64,000 nt of DNA from Candidatus Subterrananammoxibius californiae (GTDB lineage Bacteria; Planctomycetota; Brocadiia; Brocadiales; Subterrananammoxibiaceae). Where the stretch lies: positions 1 through 64,000 of the forward strand of contig JAURAC010000003.1 in the NCBI GenBank assembly GCA_030586555.1, given 5' to 3'. A program made the translations under genes and the position numbers. Every line of letters starts with the position of its first letter. Position 1 is the first letter of the stretch. Positions 29,629 through 39,809 of this stretch are shown in pieces. The notes under the pieces were generated by a model. That model was not told the origin of the DNA. It was given only the letters and a program-made list of their open reading frames with translations, and did no database searches.

Positions 29629-31263
29629 TCATAGCCCTGGTTGCTGGACCTTCCCCTGGTAGGCAAGGATTGATTTGTCTATCTGTCCAAGTTCTTTATA
29701 ACAGTCGCCAATGCGCTTATAGATACGTCCTTGATACATCTCACCGATGGCAAGGTCAAGGGCAAGCATTTTATTATAAGCAGACAGCGCCTCATTGTAC
29801 TTATTTTCATTAAAGAGGCACTCTGCAACATAAAAATTAGCCTCAACAAGTGAGTGTTTATCCGAACCATCAACAGTGTACTGCATAAAGATTTCATAGG
29901 CATGACGAAAGTCTTCCTTCTCAAGAAACGCAAGTCCCATATCAAATTCCATTGCCTTTCTATAAGGTGAAGTTGAATATTTTTTAAGACCTTCCAGAAA
30001 GACCTTTATCGCAGCATTATAAACCTGAAGCCTTTGGAAACACTTGCCCATATAATAATGAGCACGAGGCGCAAGTTTGCTGTCTGGAAAACTTGCCAGG
30101 AAGCCCTTATATGCCTGTATAGCCCCAAAGTAGTCTCCCTGCATATAAGAGCAATCAGCAAATCTGCAAAAAGCATCGTCAGCCATAGGGTTTGTAGGCT
30201 CCGTTACAATAAGATTGCCAAAAACCCCTGCTGCTTCTTCATAATTGCCTATCTGATACATACAGTTTCCTATTTGATACTCAACCTCTGAGCGATATTT
30301 TTCTGACGGATATTTTTTCTTCATCACAAGGAAAGCATCCAGTGCTTCTTTAAAATCACCCAGCCGTTGGTAGCTGCGGCTTAACTGTAAATGGGCAAGT
30401 ACCAAAATTTCGGGATTATCTCCGGAGAAGGCGTCAAGAATTTTCTTGTATATGCTGATGGCTTTACTATATTCCCCCTGAATGTACCATGTATCGCCAA
30501 TTGAAAGGTACACCTCGCCAAGGAGTTCGTCACGCCGATAAGTATCAATAAAGCGAAAATAGAAGTAACGTGCATTCTCAAAATCTGACAACTTCTCGTA
30601 ACACTTGGCAATATTTATAAGCGCAAGGCGTGTAAGTTCATCATTCGGGTACGTATCCACAATCGTCTGGAACTCCTGAATTGCCAACAAATGGGAACCA
30701 GTATTGAAATAATAATTACCAAGGTCAAAATATGCCTTGGTTAAAAGGGGACAATTCGGGTACTTTATTTGTGCCTTTTGATATAGCTGGACTGCCTTTT
30801 CTTTGAGATATTCCAGCGCAGAATCAAACGATAGTTTTGCGGGAAACGTGACCAATACTTCATCATTTTTAATTATGTGTTCTAACCCCTTACTCCCCAG
30901 AACTATTTCAAGTATATCCTCAAGAGGAGCCTTTTCTAAATACACGGTAACATAAGAAGATAATATAGATGTATCAACATCATCATCTACGGTGAGTTTC
31001 ATACTACAGACATTAGAAAGGGTTTTTAAGAATTCCAAGACCGTAGACCTTGAAACGGTAACTGTGTACAAAACGACCCCATAGTCAGTTGGCTCTGTCG
31101 TTATTGATAAAATCTCGCTTTCCACCCCCGCCAAACCATCCACCCCAGAGTGAGCGGGTTGGGGTAGTGGAGCGGCGTTACCACCCGGTCGTGCAGGGAG
31201 CGTCATTAAACCCATCATTATTAAAATCGTGGCTAAACTATTGCTTCTCATTAGCGAACACAT
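29629..31263 (-). CDS. Exported STN-like domain plus multi-TPR protein
   Basis: Signal peptide; VTVYLEKAPLEDILEIVL..KGL (secretin/TonB N-terminal-like); many TPR helices. Confidence 0.75.
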   Translation of the reverse strand: MCSLMRSNSLATILIMMGLMTLPARPGGNAAPLPQPAHSGVDGLAGVESEILSITTEPTDYGVVLYTVTVSRSTVLEFLKTLSNVCSMKLTVDDDVDTSILSSYVTVYLEKAPLEDILEIVLGSKGLEHIIKNDEVLVTFPAKLSFDSALEYLKEKAVQLYQKAQIKYPNCPLLTKAYFDLGNYYFNTGSHLLAIQEFQTIVDTYPNDELTRLALINIAKCYEKLSDFENARYFYFRFIDTYRRDELLGEVYLSIGDTWYIQGEYSKAISIYKKILDAFSGDNPEILVLAHLQLSRSYQRLGDFKEALDAFLVMKKKYPSEKYRSEVEYQIGNCMYQIGNYEEAAGVFGNLIVTEPTNPMADDAFCRFADCSYMQGDYFGAIQAYKGFLASFPDSKLAPRAHYYMGKCFQRLQVYNAAIKVFLEGLKKYSTSPYRKAMEFDMGLAFLEKEDFRHAYEIFMQYTVDGSDKHSLVEANFYVAECLFNENKYNEALSAYNKMLALDLAIGEMYQGRIYKRIGDCYKELGQIDKSILAYQGKVQQPGL

Positions 31264-32152
31264 ATCCTTGTATATGGGCGTAGTGAAGAGCCTCTTTCAT
31301 GTAGGACTCGGCAATCTTATAGTAAGCCTCGGCAACAAAACCCTTGTCTTCATCCGAATATTTTGCCTCCTGGGCAACAAGGACAAACAAAAGCTTTCTA
31401 CCTTTTTGAAATTCACCCTTATCAACAAAACATTCACCCTCTCTAAGCTTGGCTCGCACCGAATACGGGCTCCGGAAATATCCTGTAACTATATTCTGAT
31501 AGGCGGCAAGGGCATCGTCAAAACGTCCTATTTTTTGATAACATTCACCGAAGCGATACTGTAAAAAATCCTCATCTGCAAAAGGTACAGACTGACTTGT
31601 AGCTTTATTGTATTCCATTAACGCCTGCTCATATTCCTTACACTCGAATAATTCATTCCCCCTCTTTATATAATCTGCATACCCAAGCTCCTTCTCCGCC
31701 TCAGGCGGGTTCACATCACTTTGTTCTGCGGAGTTCTCTTGCCCAGTGGGAGACTCAGTAACTGTATGCCCATTCTCCACAGGGGATAAAGGTTTCGTTA
31801 AAAGCAAGTCAACCCTCGCCTCGGTGGGAGTGCCGGTACTTGCTTTTAACTCTTTAATACCGACCTCTTTTAGTGTGAGGTTATCCTTTTTCAAGCGTGG
31901 CTGGAGTATTAAGAAAAAGAGGATAACTAATAGTATAACAACGTTAAAGGAATTAAATACCCATGGAGCGCTTAGCCTGTGGAGAAGATTTAAGACCTTA
32001 CCAATAATCGTGTTCAAACCCCATGCCTTCCCATCCCCACTTGAGGGAGGCGTGTTGTGCATTACGCCAGAGGATGCATCTTTATTCTCTAAAAGCAATT
32101 CTGGTGAATTTGATTCTAACTCTTTTGAAACTTTTTGTGCTCCTGTATCCAT
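31238..32152 (-). CDS. Membrane-anchored TPR protein
   Basis: Single TM followed by TPR motifs; several palindrome inserts. Confidence 0.75.
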   Translation of the reverse strand: MDTGAQKVSKELESNSPELLLENKDASSGVMHNTPPSSGDGKAWGLNTIIGKVLNLLHRLSAPWVFNSFNVVILLVILFFLILQPRLKKDNLTLKEVGIKELKASTGTPTEARVDLLLTKPLSPVENGHTVTESPTGQENSAEQSDVNPPEAEKELGYADYIKRGNELFECKEYEQALMEYNKATSQSVPFADEDFLQYRFGECYQKIGRFDDALAAYQNIVTGYFRSPYSVRAKLREGECFVDKGEFQKGRKLLFVLVAQEAKYSDEDKGFVAEAYYKIAESYMKEALHYAHIQGYVFANEKQ

Positions 32153-32191
32153 AATATTGACAAGGGGTTTAAGCCCCTTGTTCTTCTAAGT

Positions 32192-32671
32192 TCACCACAG
32201 TGATTGTTTTTCAAGTATGCCAACCTGAGGTCCCAGGCTTGCTCGCATGCTATGTTCATCCCTATAAATACCCACTGTGCGGGAGAGGCCTGTTATCTTA
32301 AAAAGATGTTGAATAGGCTCACTGACGTTTACTAATTTCAAATCCTTCTTTCTTTCTCTGAGACATCTTACAGTGGATGCAATAATGCCAATTGCCCTTG
32401 CGGAAATATAGCGCGTAGCGCCCATGTCAAGAATAACGTGCTTTGTGCTTTCGCTGAGAATGCCATTAAGCTTATGGGAAAACTCCACGATACCCTCAAA
32501 GACTAAATCACCATCTAAAACCAGGACGGGTGAAAAGCAAGTCCCTCGGGTCACCACAGGTGGATGTTTTTCACATTCGTTTTCTAACCTCGCACCCAGT
32601 TCCGGGTGTGAAGTAAGTGCATTAAGAGCCATTTGATAAAATCTCTTTCGCCATGTAAACCCTTGTGCCAA
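32192..32671 (-). CDS. STAS-domain anti-sigma factor antagonist
   Basis: VILDMGATRYISARAIG and LFKITGL. Confidence 0.85.
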   Translation of the reverse strand: MAQGFTWRKRFYQMALNALTSHPELGARLENECEKHPPVVTRGTCFSPVLVLDGDLVFEGIVEFSHKLNGILSESTKHVILDMGATRYISARAIGIIASTVRCLRERKKDLKLVNVSEPIQHLFKITGLSRTVGIYRDEHSMRASLGPQVGILEKQSLW

Positions 32672-34274
32672 CGGTCTCGGACGATTGAATCATTACCCTG
32701 TCCATTAATTCTTGGATTAGAAAAATGCCCCGCCCACTTTCCCCGGTAAAGGGTTGATAATTTGTAAAATCTGGTTTCTTGTAGGACTGTACGCTAAAGC
32801 CGCATCCACTATCAAAAACTTCAACAATCAGTTCGTTTCCCATTACCTTAAACGTGACTATTATATCACCAGTTTTAACATCTCCACCATGATGGGAACC
32901 GTTACTATAAGCGAATAATCTGGCATTTATAATTGCCTCGTTTATTGCGGTTATAATAGCGTGCTCCTTTTGTGGCGTAAGGGCGAACCCTTTCAGAAGA
33001 TTCTCAAGTTTGCTCACGATTCCTCGAAAGTCTTCTGTGGACGCAGGAATAATTATCTTTTCCTGTTTCGGTTCAATGCCGTTCCAATTCAGGTCCACCA
33101 CCGCAACCACCCAATCATTATCAAGGTTGTCCACTGGGAGAGCGCTGGAAAGACTTGTACGAATCTTACGGGCTGTTTCCTTTCCCGTACAGCCCACCCA
33201 ATCCTTCGCGAAGGACTGGCCAGTCTCCTTACTAATCGGCATGGTAGTCAATGAGTCACTACTTAAAAGTATCAACTTGCCTGAGGCAGGCAAAGATGTC
33301 TTTTCCTCTATATATATATCGGGAAATAGGTTCAACGGATAAGGGCTTGATTCCAACGTCGCAATTTTAGCGTCCCCTTGAAGGAGATAGCAGAATAGCT
33401 TTTGACCATGGTTTACATATTCAATGACCCCTTTTTTCTTATCAACCGTGGCACAAAAGAGCGAAACAGGGACTCGGGGTTTTGTGTTGAGGCAGAGGTA
33501 TTTGTTTATTTTCTCAACTACATATTGGGGATGAATGTGGTTATCTGATTCGTTGGGCATCATAAACGGGGCGATTACAGTTCGGAATGTGGTCTTAACC
33601 ATTGTGCCCAGTAGGGGCACGTTGCAACGTGCCCCTACATTTGAGGGTATGCTGCCAAAAATCAAGGCAAACCTTTTTTCGGCAACATCAATAACGTCAA
33701 AAAAGGCACTGCTACCCAATGACGCCTCTTGGGATTGTTCCAAATAGTATGACACGTTTGGTTGTATCAGAATGCAATCAGACGCATCTAATCCGCCTAA
33801 GGGTGATTTCGTTCCTCTCTCAGCCTCGCCAGCATTAGTAGTCACCTTGTATAGATTTTCTGTCCTTGGTTTTTTTTTTGAAACATTCAATATCTTGGTG
33901 ACGATTTCTTTCATTGACTTTACCTTAAATGGCTTGGCAACGAAATCATTAACGCCCAGCCTCATTGCTTCAATCACAGTCTCCATACTTCCATAAGCGG
34001 AAATAACGATAACCTTTGTTAGAGGGTCGGTCTTTTTTATCTCGGAGACCAATTGCAGTCCCGAAAGACCGGGCATTCTTAAATCTGTAATCACAAGGTC
34101 GAAACCCTCGGCATGTGCAAGCTCCAGCGCTTCTGTACCATTTTTGGCAGTAATGACTTCATAACCGTCTTCAGATAAAACCTGCTTTATAGAAAGCCTT
34201 AATGTCTCCTCATCATCTACAAACAGGATTCTTTTTTTTGTGGTTTCGTCTTTTATATTATTAGATATAATCAT
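32622..34274 (-). CDS. Response regulator with degenerate SpoIIE/PP2C-like domain and RsbW-like HATPase (HsbR-like architecture)
   Basis: REC (VDDEE, DLRMP, KPF); YVNHG; EAIINA..AY, DSGCGF and GRGIFLIQELMD. Confidence 0.8.
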   Translation of the reverse strand: MIISNNIKDETTKKRILFVDDEETLRLSIKQVLSEDGYEVITAKNGTEALELAHAEGFDLVITDLRMPGLSGLQLVSEIKKTDPLTKVIVISAYGSMETVIEAMRLGVNDFVAKPFKVKSMKEIVTKILNVSKKKPRTENLYKVTTNAGEAERGTKSPLGGLDASDCILIQPNVSYYLEQSQEASLGSSAFFDVIDVAEKRFALIFGSIPSNVGARCNVPLLGTMVKTTFRTVIAPFMMPNESDNHIHPQYVVEKINKYLCLNTKPRVPVSLFCATVDKKKGVIEYVNHGQKLFCYLLQGDAKIATLESSPYPLNLFPDIYIEEKTSLPASGKLILLSSDSLTTMPISKETGQSFAKDWVGCTGKETARKIRTSLSSALPVDNLDNDWVVAVVDLNWNGIEPKQEKIIIPASTEDFRGIVSKLENLLKGFALTPQKEHAIITAINEAIINARLFAYSNGSHHGGDVKTGDIIVTFKVMGNELIVEVFDSGCGFSVQSYKKPDFTNYQPFTGESGRGIFLIQELMDRVMIQSSETVGTRVYMAKEILSNGS

Positions 34275-34291
34275 TTTCTACTATCTCTGCT

Positions 34292-35671
34292 TTACAACTG
34301 TTCAGATTTCAAACCATACTCTTTAATCTTGTTATACAATGTCGTACGATTTATGCCGAGTATTTTAGCAGCTTCCGTCCTCCGCCAGGAAGTTTCCTTT
34401 AGCACCTTGCTAATAAGCATTTTTTCCATATCCGCCATGGAACGACCTTCCAAAACAGGTTCAGACTTATCTACATATTCTTTCTTTTCTGGACAAATCA
34501 TTACGTGCTCTGGAGAAAGTGTGTCACCGCTTGAAAGCAGCACAGCCCTTTCAATTACATTTCTCAACTCACGAACGTTTCCGGGCCACTCGTAATCCAA
34601 CAACATCTTTTCCACCTGCTCTGAAATTTGGCAAATGTTCTTGCCAAACTCCGTGTTAAACTTCTGGAGAAAATGTTTCGTTAAAATAATAATATCGTCC
34701 TTTCTCTCCCTTAAAGGAGGTATGTAAATAGGCAATACGTTAAGACGATAAAAGAGGTCTTTTCTAAATGTTCCCTGCTTGACCTCCTCTTCGAGGTTTC
34801 TATTCGTTGATGCTATAATCCTTATATCCACCTCAATATCGTTTACCCCGCCAACCCTCTTAAACCTCCATTCCTGAAGTACGCGTAAAAGCTTGGCTTG
34901 AAGAGAAATGCTCATTTCCCCTATTTCGTCTAAGAACACCGTGCCTTTATTTGCAACCTCAAACAAACCAAGCTTCCCTGTGGCTGCGGCACCAGTAAAT
35001 GACCCCTTCTCATATCCAAAGAGTTCAGCCTCAAGCAGGCTCTCCGTAAGTGCAGCGCAATTAATCTCCATAAAGCGATAATCCTTCCTGCTACTCGTAT
35101 TATGAATCGCCCTGGCAACCAGTTCCTTTCCAGTGCCGCTTTCGCCGTGAATTAATACGGTACTGGTGGAACTTCTTGAAACCTGCTTAATGAACCGATA
35201 TATCCTTTTCATCTGTTCGCTCTGGCCAACCAGTACGCCATTCGAGTAACCCCCGTAATCACGTTGTTGCGCCCGAAGTTCTAACACCTCCCTGCGAAGC
35301 GCCTGCGCCCCAAGGGCTTTTGCCACCACAAGCTTTAAGTGGTCAAGCTTAAAGGGCTTTGCCAGGTAGTCATAAGCGCCTAACTTCATCGCTTCTACCG
35401 CAGAATCAATGGTACCATACCCCGTCATTACTATCACAAGCATAGTAGGGTCCTTTGCTTTAACCTTTTCTAACAGGGTCATACCATTCATTCCCGGCAT
35501 TCTCAGGTCTACAAGTATTAGGTCTGGCAGAATATCTTCAATCTTTTTAAATGCCTCATCTGAGTTACGGGCATCTATTACCTCATGCCCTTCCTCAGAT
35601 AAGGCTTCCTTCAAAGACAACCTTATTGTTTCCTCATCATCAACAATCAATATTACTGCCTCAGGCTTCAC
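34292..35671 (-). CDS. Sigma54-dependent response regulator (NtrC family)
   Basis: REC, GESGTGKE, GSFTGA, WPGNVREL, HTH. Confidence 0.93.
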   Translation of the reverse strand: MKPEAVILIVDDEETIRLSLKEALSEEGHEVIDARNSDEAFKKIEDILPDLILVDLRMPGMNGMTLLEKVKAKDPTMLVIVMTGYGTIDSAVEAMKLGAYDYLAKPFKLDHLKLVVAKALGAQALRREVLELRAQQRDYGGYSNGVLVGQSEQMKRIYRFIKQVSRSSTSTVLIHGESGTGKELVARAIHNTSSRKDYRFMEINCAALTESLLEAELFGYEKGSFTGAAATGKLGLFEVANKGTVFLDEIGEMSISLQAKLLRVLQEWRFKRVGGVNDIEVDIRIIASTNRNLEEEVKQGTFRKDLFYRLNVLPIYIPPLRERKDDIIILTKHFLQKFNTEFGKNICQISEQVEKMLLDYEWPGNVRELRNVIERAVLLSSGDTLSPEHVMICPEKKEYVDKSEPVLEGRSMADMEKMLISKVLKETSWRRTEAAKILGINRTTLYNKIKEYGLKSEQL

Positions 35672-35826
35672 CGCCTTAATCCCCCTTAATCTCTGAGATT
35701 AAAATAAAAATAAACATCAAGAATTATAGAAAATGTTGAAATATTTGTAAATTAAACAGGCGTCTGTTGAAAAAATCAACACTTTTTTGACATCTTTGTA
35801 CTTCTCCTCACTTTACGAATAATTTT

Positions 35827-35842
35827 AGCAAACCTCATACCA
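35827..35842 (-). promoter_or_regulatory. Sigma54-type promoter for the flagellar regulatory operon
   Basis: Minus strand TGGTATGAGGTTTGCT. Confidence 0.7.
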
Positions 35843-35934
35843 GTATGAGTTGGGAGTTGAGAGTCGTGAGTCGAGAGTCAAAAAAAACAAAACTCGGAAC
35901 TCCGAACTCCGAACTCTGCACTCTTAACTCGTAA

Positions 35935-36978
35935 CTATAAAATCTTCGTTATCTCATCAACCTTAAACATTGGCAGGTCAACCATCTTTCCTTTGTTAAT
36001 AGCCTTAATGCCCCCCCTCCCTGTCCCTCCCCCCTCAGGGGGGAGGGTAGGGTGAGGGGTAGTTATACTACCGATAATCTCACAATTAATATTATTTTTC
36101 CTGAGTATATCCAAAACCCTTGCGCTGTCCGAAGGCTTACACACGACAAGGAGCGAGCCAGAAGCAATCAAGCCCAAAGGTTCGAGATTATATTTCTCAC
36201 ACACCATCCTTGTCTCTTTAAGACAATACACGGCATCGAGATTAACCGTTAAACCTTTATCCACGAGCTTTGCAATCTCCCACAGCCCTGTGGCTAATCC
36301 TCCCTCAGTCGGGTCGTGCATTGCATGAACCTTTGCCACGCTATTAGCAAGCAGTGCTTCTTTTACAACACTAATACCCGGGTCATGAAGAAGCCTTTGT
36401 GCCTGCTTGACAAATTCCCATCCGTAATCCCTGGATAGTTCTTCCCCCCTTTCCAGTGCAATTAAAGCAGTACCCTCAATCGCTATGCCTTTAGTCAGGA
36501 TAATATCATCGCCAACCTCAACGTTTGTACTGACTACGAGCTTTTCCTTTTCAACCTCTCCGAGCATGTGCCCGACCACGATTGGTCTGTCAAGTCCGTA
36601 TGTAATTTCCGTATGACCACCACAAAGCGTAACACCTAATTCGTCTACCGCACGGGTAATGTCCTGAAATATTCCTTTAACCAGCGCTTCATCCGTCTTA
36701 CCTTCTGGCAACAATACAGAGGCTAAAAACCATTTCGGCGTTGCACCCATCGTAGCGATGTCATTGGCATTAACATTTACCGCATACCAGCCAATCTCCT
36801 GTGTGGCAAAGGTCACGGGGTCTGTCTTAGCAACAAGATACCTTTCCCCAAAGTCAATAACCGTAGCATCTTCACCTATTTTTGGACCAATGACAATTCT
36901 TGGGTCGGTGATTGGATAGCTTTTAAGCAGTTTTTCAAGAAGGTCAGGAGGCAGTTTACCAACTGGAAATTTTCTCAT
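35935..36978 (-). CDS. AIR synthase family protein (HypE/PurM-like)
   Basis: GEDA, NANDIATMGA, GGHTE and MHDPTEGG. Confidence 0.88.
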   Translation of the reverse strand: MRKFPVGKLPPDLLEKLLKSYPITDPRIVIGPKIGEDATVIDFGERYLVAKTDPVTFATQEIGWYAVNVNANDIATMGATPKWFLASVLLPEGKTDEALVKGIFQDITRAVDELGVTLCGGHTEITYGLDRPIVVGHMLGEVEKEKLVVSTNVEVGDDIILTKGIAIEGTALIALERGEELSRDYGWEFVKQAQRLLHDPGISVVKEALLANSVAKVHAMHDPTEGGLATGLWEIAKLVDKGLTVNLDAVYCLKETRMVCEKYNLEPLGLIASGSLLVVCKPSDSARVLDILRKNNINCEIIGSITTPHPTLPPEGGGTGRGGIKAINKGKMVDLPMFKVDEITKIL

Positions 36979-37104
36979 AGTGTTTTTATAGTCCTTGCTG
37001 CCATTTTGAAATATGTAGGGGCGTATTGCAATACGCCCTATGAGTCAGGAGTCATGGGCCGAGAGTCAAGATTCAAGACTCAGGACTCACGACTCAAGAC
37101 TTCG

Positions 37105-37144
37105 CTTTTTTATACCCTTTCCATTTACCAGTTTCAAGTGTATT
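37105..37144 (+). repeat. 40-bp perfect direct repeat, copy 1
   Basis: cttttttataccctttccatttaccagtttcaagtgtatt, identical to 38401-38440. Confidence 0.9.
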
Positions 37145-37387
37145 GTAAGGAATTCAATTATATTAAGGTGGCCACTTTTGATGCTTTTGCCAACCTCTAT
37201 AGTGTGCAGCCGAGAAAAGAATTAAATAACTTTTTTAACAAAAATTTCCAATTTTTTTACGTCGTAACATTTAAATATCTTAATTCTTACAAATAATTTA
37301 CAGAAAATTCCATTAAGTTTTTGACAACTTTTGTTGTTTTTTCTTTACAACATGGTATAATGATGTATAGAAAGGGGGTAAACTATT

Positions 37388-37756
37388 ATGGAGAAAAGGA
37401 AGACATTTGGTAGTTTTTTTAAAGAGAAAAGGATTGAGCTTGGATTAATGTTGCGACAGTTTTGTGAAAAGTATAATTTAGACGCTGGTAATATAAGTAA
37501 ACTCGAAAGAGGAAGGCTGTCGCCGCCTAAGGATGAAATCTTAAAAAAATATGCGAAGCTCTTAAACCTAAAGGAAGGAAACGACGACTGGTATCTTTTT
37601 TTTGACCTCGCTGCAGCTGAAGCAGGAAGGATTCCAAAAGAGCTTAGGGAAAAAGATATTGTAGCAAGAATGCCAGTTTTATTTCGCACTCTTCGTGGGA
37701 AAAAGATATCTAAAAGCAAGCTTGATAAACTAATAAAATTAATCAAGGAATCATAA
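37388..37756 (+). CDS. XRE-family HTH regulator
   Basis: LRQFCE..LDAGNISKLERG; coupled to a metallopeptidase gene. Confidence 0.88.
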   Translation: MEKRKTFGSFFKEKRIELGLMLRQFCEKYNLDAGNISKLERGRLSPPKDEILKKYAKLLNLKEGNDDWYLFFDLAAAEAGRIPKELREKDIVARMPVLFRTLRGKKISKSKLDKLIKLIKES

Positions 37757-38373
37757 TGGTCGCCGAGATAAAAGTTCCTTTTATAAACCATGACCAAATA
37801 AAAAATTTTGCAGAAGACTTCCTACAAAAGTATCATCCCGAAGATATAATCCCTATCCCAATCGAAGAGATAATAGACCTCAAATTAAAACTTGATATAA
37901 TTCCTGTACCAGGATTACATAACTTAATTGATACAGATGGTTTTATCACTTCCGATTTAACAAGCATTTTTGTAGAGGACTATGTTTATCAAAATAGGCC
38001 TTGCCGATATCGTTTTACTTTGGCGCACGAAATAGGCCACTTTGTTTTACATAAGGATATTTACATACAACACAAGTTTAATTCAATTGACGGATGGATG
38101 AGTTTCATTGATTTTTTCCCTGAAAAAGAACGCTCTTTGTTTGAATGGCAAGCTAATGAATTCGCCGGCTTGATTCTTGTTCCATCTCGTCATTTAGAGA
38201 AAAGGCTACGATACAACATAAAACGCATTAAAGAGATCGGCATTCAAAACAAGAATATAATTTTTGATCAAACTGTTGAACTATTAGCCCAAGATTTTGT
38301 AGTATCAAGAGAAGTAATTCAAAGAAGAATAAAGAGAGAGTTAGAAAAAGGAACAATCAAAATCGTATTTTAA
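37756..38373 (+). CDS. ImmA/IrrE family metallo-endopeptidase
   Basis: RFTLAHEIGH and EWQANEFAGLILVP. Confidence 0.9.
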   Translation: MVAEIKVPFINHDQIKNFAEDFLQKYHPEDIIPIPIEEIIDLKLKLDIIPVPGLHNLIDTDGFITSDLTSIFVEDYVYQNRPCRYRFTLAHEIGHFVLHKDIYIQHKFNSIDGWMSFIDFFPEKERSLFEWQANEFAGLILVPSRHLEKRLRYNIKRIKEIGIQNKNIIFDQTVELLAQDFVVSREVIQRRIKRELEKGTIKIVF

Positions 38374-38400
38374 ACTTTCCACAGAAAGCATTTTTGCTCA

Positions 38401-38440
38401 CTTTTTTATACCCTTTCCATTTACCAGTTTCAAGTGTATT
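38401..38440 (+). repeat. 40-bp perfect direct repeat, copy 2
   Basis: Identical to 37105-37144. Confidence 0.9.
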
Positions 38441-38593
38441 ATGATGTTACCATTTTATATATATTAAGATTGACTTTTTTAATATAACTGGTGTATCATA
38501 CCCAAAGTGAAGGCAGGTGAAAAGGCTAAAAGGCAAGAGAGGTCTAATGCCTTTTAACCTCTTAACCTCTTCGCCTCTTAAGAAGGGAAGGCT

Positions 38594-38968
38594 GTGAGAG
38601 TCAAAAGAGTAAAGATAGGAATAAAGAGCCTTAAAGAGTTACTCCAGGACTTCGTTGAAACTGGCAAAGCAATAGAAAGGGGAGAGAAGGTAAAGAAAGA
38701 GGTAGGCATCTATTTTGAGAGTGCAGAGGCATTCAGGAAGGCTCTGACCACAAAGAGGCTTGAACTCTTACGTCTTATAAAGAAACACAACCCTAAAACA
38801 TTGAATCAACTGTCAAGACTCGCCAGCAGGGACTTAAAGAATGTTGCCCAAGACGTAGAACTGCTGAAGAATCTTGGACTGGTGAGTACCAAAAAGGAGA
38901 AAACAGGCAGAAAAGAGGTCTCGCCATCGGTCAATTACGACGCCATAGAACTGATGATAGCGGTTTGA
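38594..38968 (+). CDS. Winged-HTH putative antitoxin/regulator (orphan)
   Basis: LTTKRLELL...LASRDLKNVAQDVELLKNLGLV. Confidence 0.7.
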   Translation: MRVKRVKIGIKSLKELLQDFVETGKAIERGEKVKKEVGIYFESAEAFRKALTTKRLELLRLIKKHNPKTLNQLSRLASRDLKNVAQDVELLKNLGLVSTKKEKTGRKEVSPSVNYDAIELMIAV

Positions 38969-39167
38969 TATGTACTTAAAAAGGTGGGGATAGGGTGGCG
39001 CCCGAAAAGGCTTAGCTCCAGCCCAATCTTCTACAAAGCCATAACTTTTCAATCAATTCCCTTAAAATAATTTTCTTGACTAAGAAGGTTTAAGTGTTAT
39101 AATTCGAATGACAATCATGTATTTCTAATACTTATCATGGTATTTTTAAAAAGACGGGGGGAATAAA

Positions 39168-39809
39168 ATGGTACACTTCAATACCGGAATGGTTTGCGAT
39201 GTCGTAGGAATCACCACCAGGCAGGTTAATTATTGGGATAAGACAGGCATTATAAAGCCTTCGATAGGTCAAGCCAGTGGCTATGGTTCAAGGCGTTTAT
39301 ATTCGTTTGTTGACCTGATTCAGTTCAGAGTAGCTAAATCCTTAAAAGATGCTGGCATGAGCCTTCAGAAGATTAGGAAAAGCCTGAGGTGGTTAGGGGC
39401 GCACTATCCAGAGATAAAACATCCTCTTGCAACCCTCAAGTTTTTAACGGATGGGGAAAGTATATTTTTGGTATCAAGCGATAAGAAGGAGATAATTGAC
39501 ACCCTAAACAATGGACAGATTATACTTAGTATAGCACTGGGAAAGCTCATACAAGAGCTAAAGAATAAAGCTAAGACCGTTACTATGAGATGGAAGGAAA
39601 AGGTGGTCTATAAGGATAAAGAATATACCGTACTTGTAGAACCAGACATGGTAGATGGTGGGTATATTGTAGAATGCCTCGACATTGCAGGGTGCTTATC
39701 TCAAGGAGAAACCAGAGACGAGGCTATTGAGAATATTAAGGACGCCATAAAGGAATGCTTAGCAGTTCTCAAGAGGAAAGAAAAAGTTACTAAGGTACAT
39801 TATGGCTAA
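39168..39809 (+). CDS. MerR-type HTH fused to a C-terminal HicB-like antitoxin domain
   Basis: RQVNYWDKTG and RRLYSF; C-terminal GGYIVEC..IAGCLSQGET.DEAIENIKDAI. Confidence 0.82.
   Translation: MVHFNTGMVCDVVGITTRQVNYWDKTGIIKPSIGQASGYGSRRLYSFVDLIQFRVAKSLKDAGMSLQKIRKSLRWLGAHYPEIKHPLATLKFLTDGESIFLVSSDKKEIIDTLNNGQIILSIALGKLIQELKNKAKTVTMRWKEKVVYKDKEYTVLVEPDMVDGGYIVECLDIAGCLSQGETRDEAIENIKDAIKECLAVLKRKEKVTKVHYG

Noticed and set aside
35845..37100. Possible CRISPR array from clustered short repeats
   Set aside because: Units are 7-mers or isolated palindromes without regular unique spacers; no cas genes in the window.
36980..37400. tRNA-Lys 3' duplication marking the left end of the islet
   Set aside because: No copy of the tRNA 3' end seen and no integrase present, so the islet is not called an integrated element.
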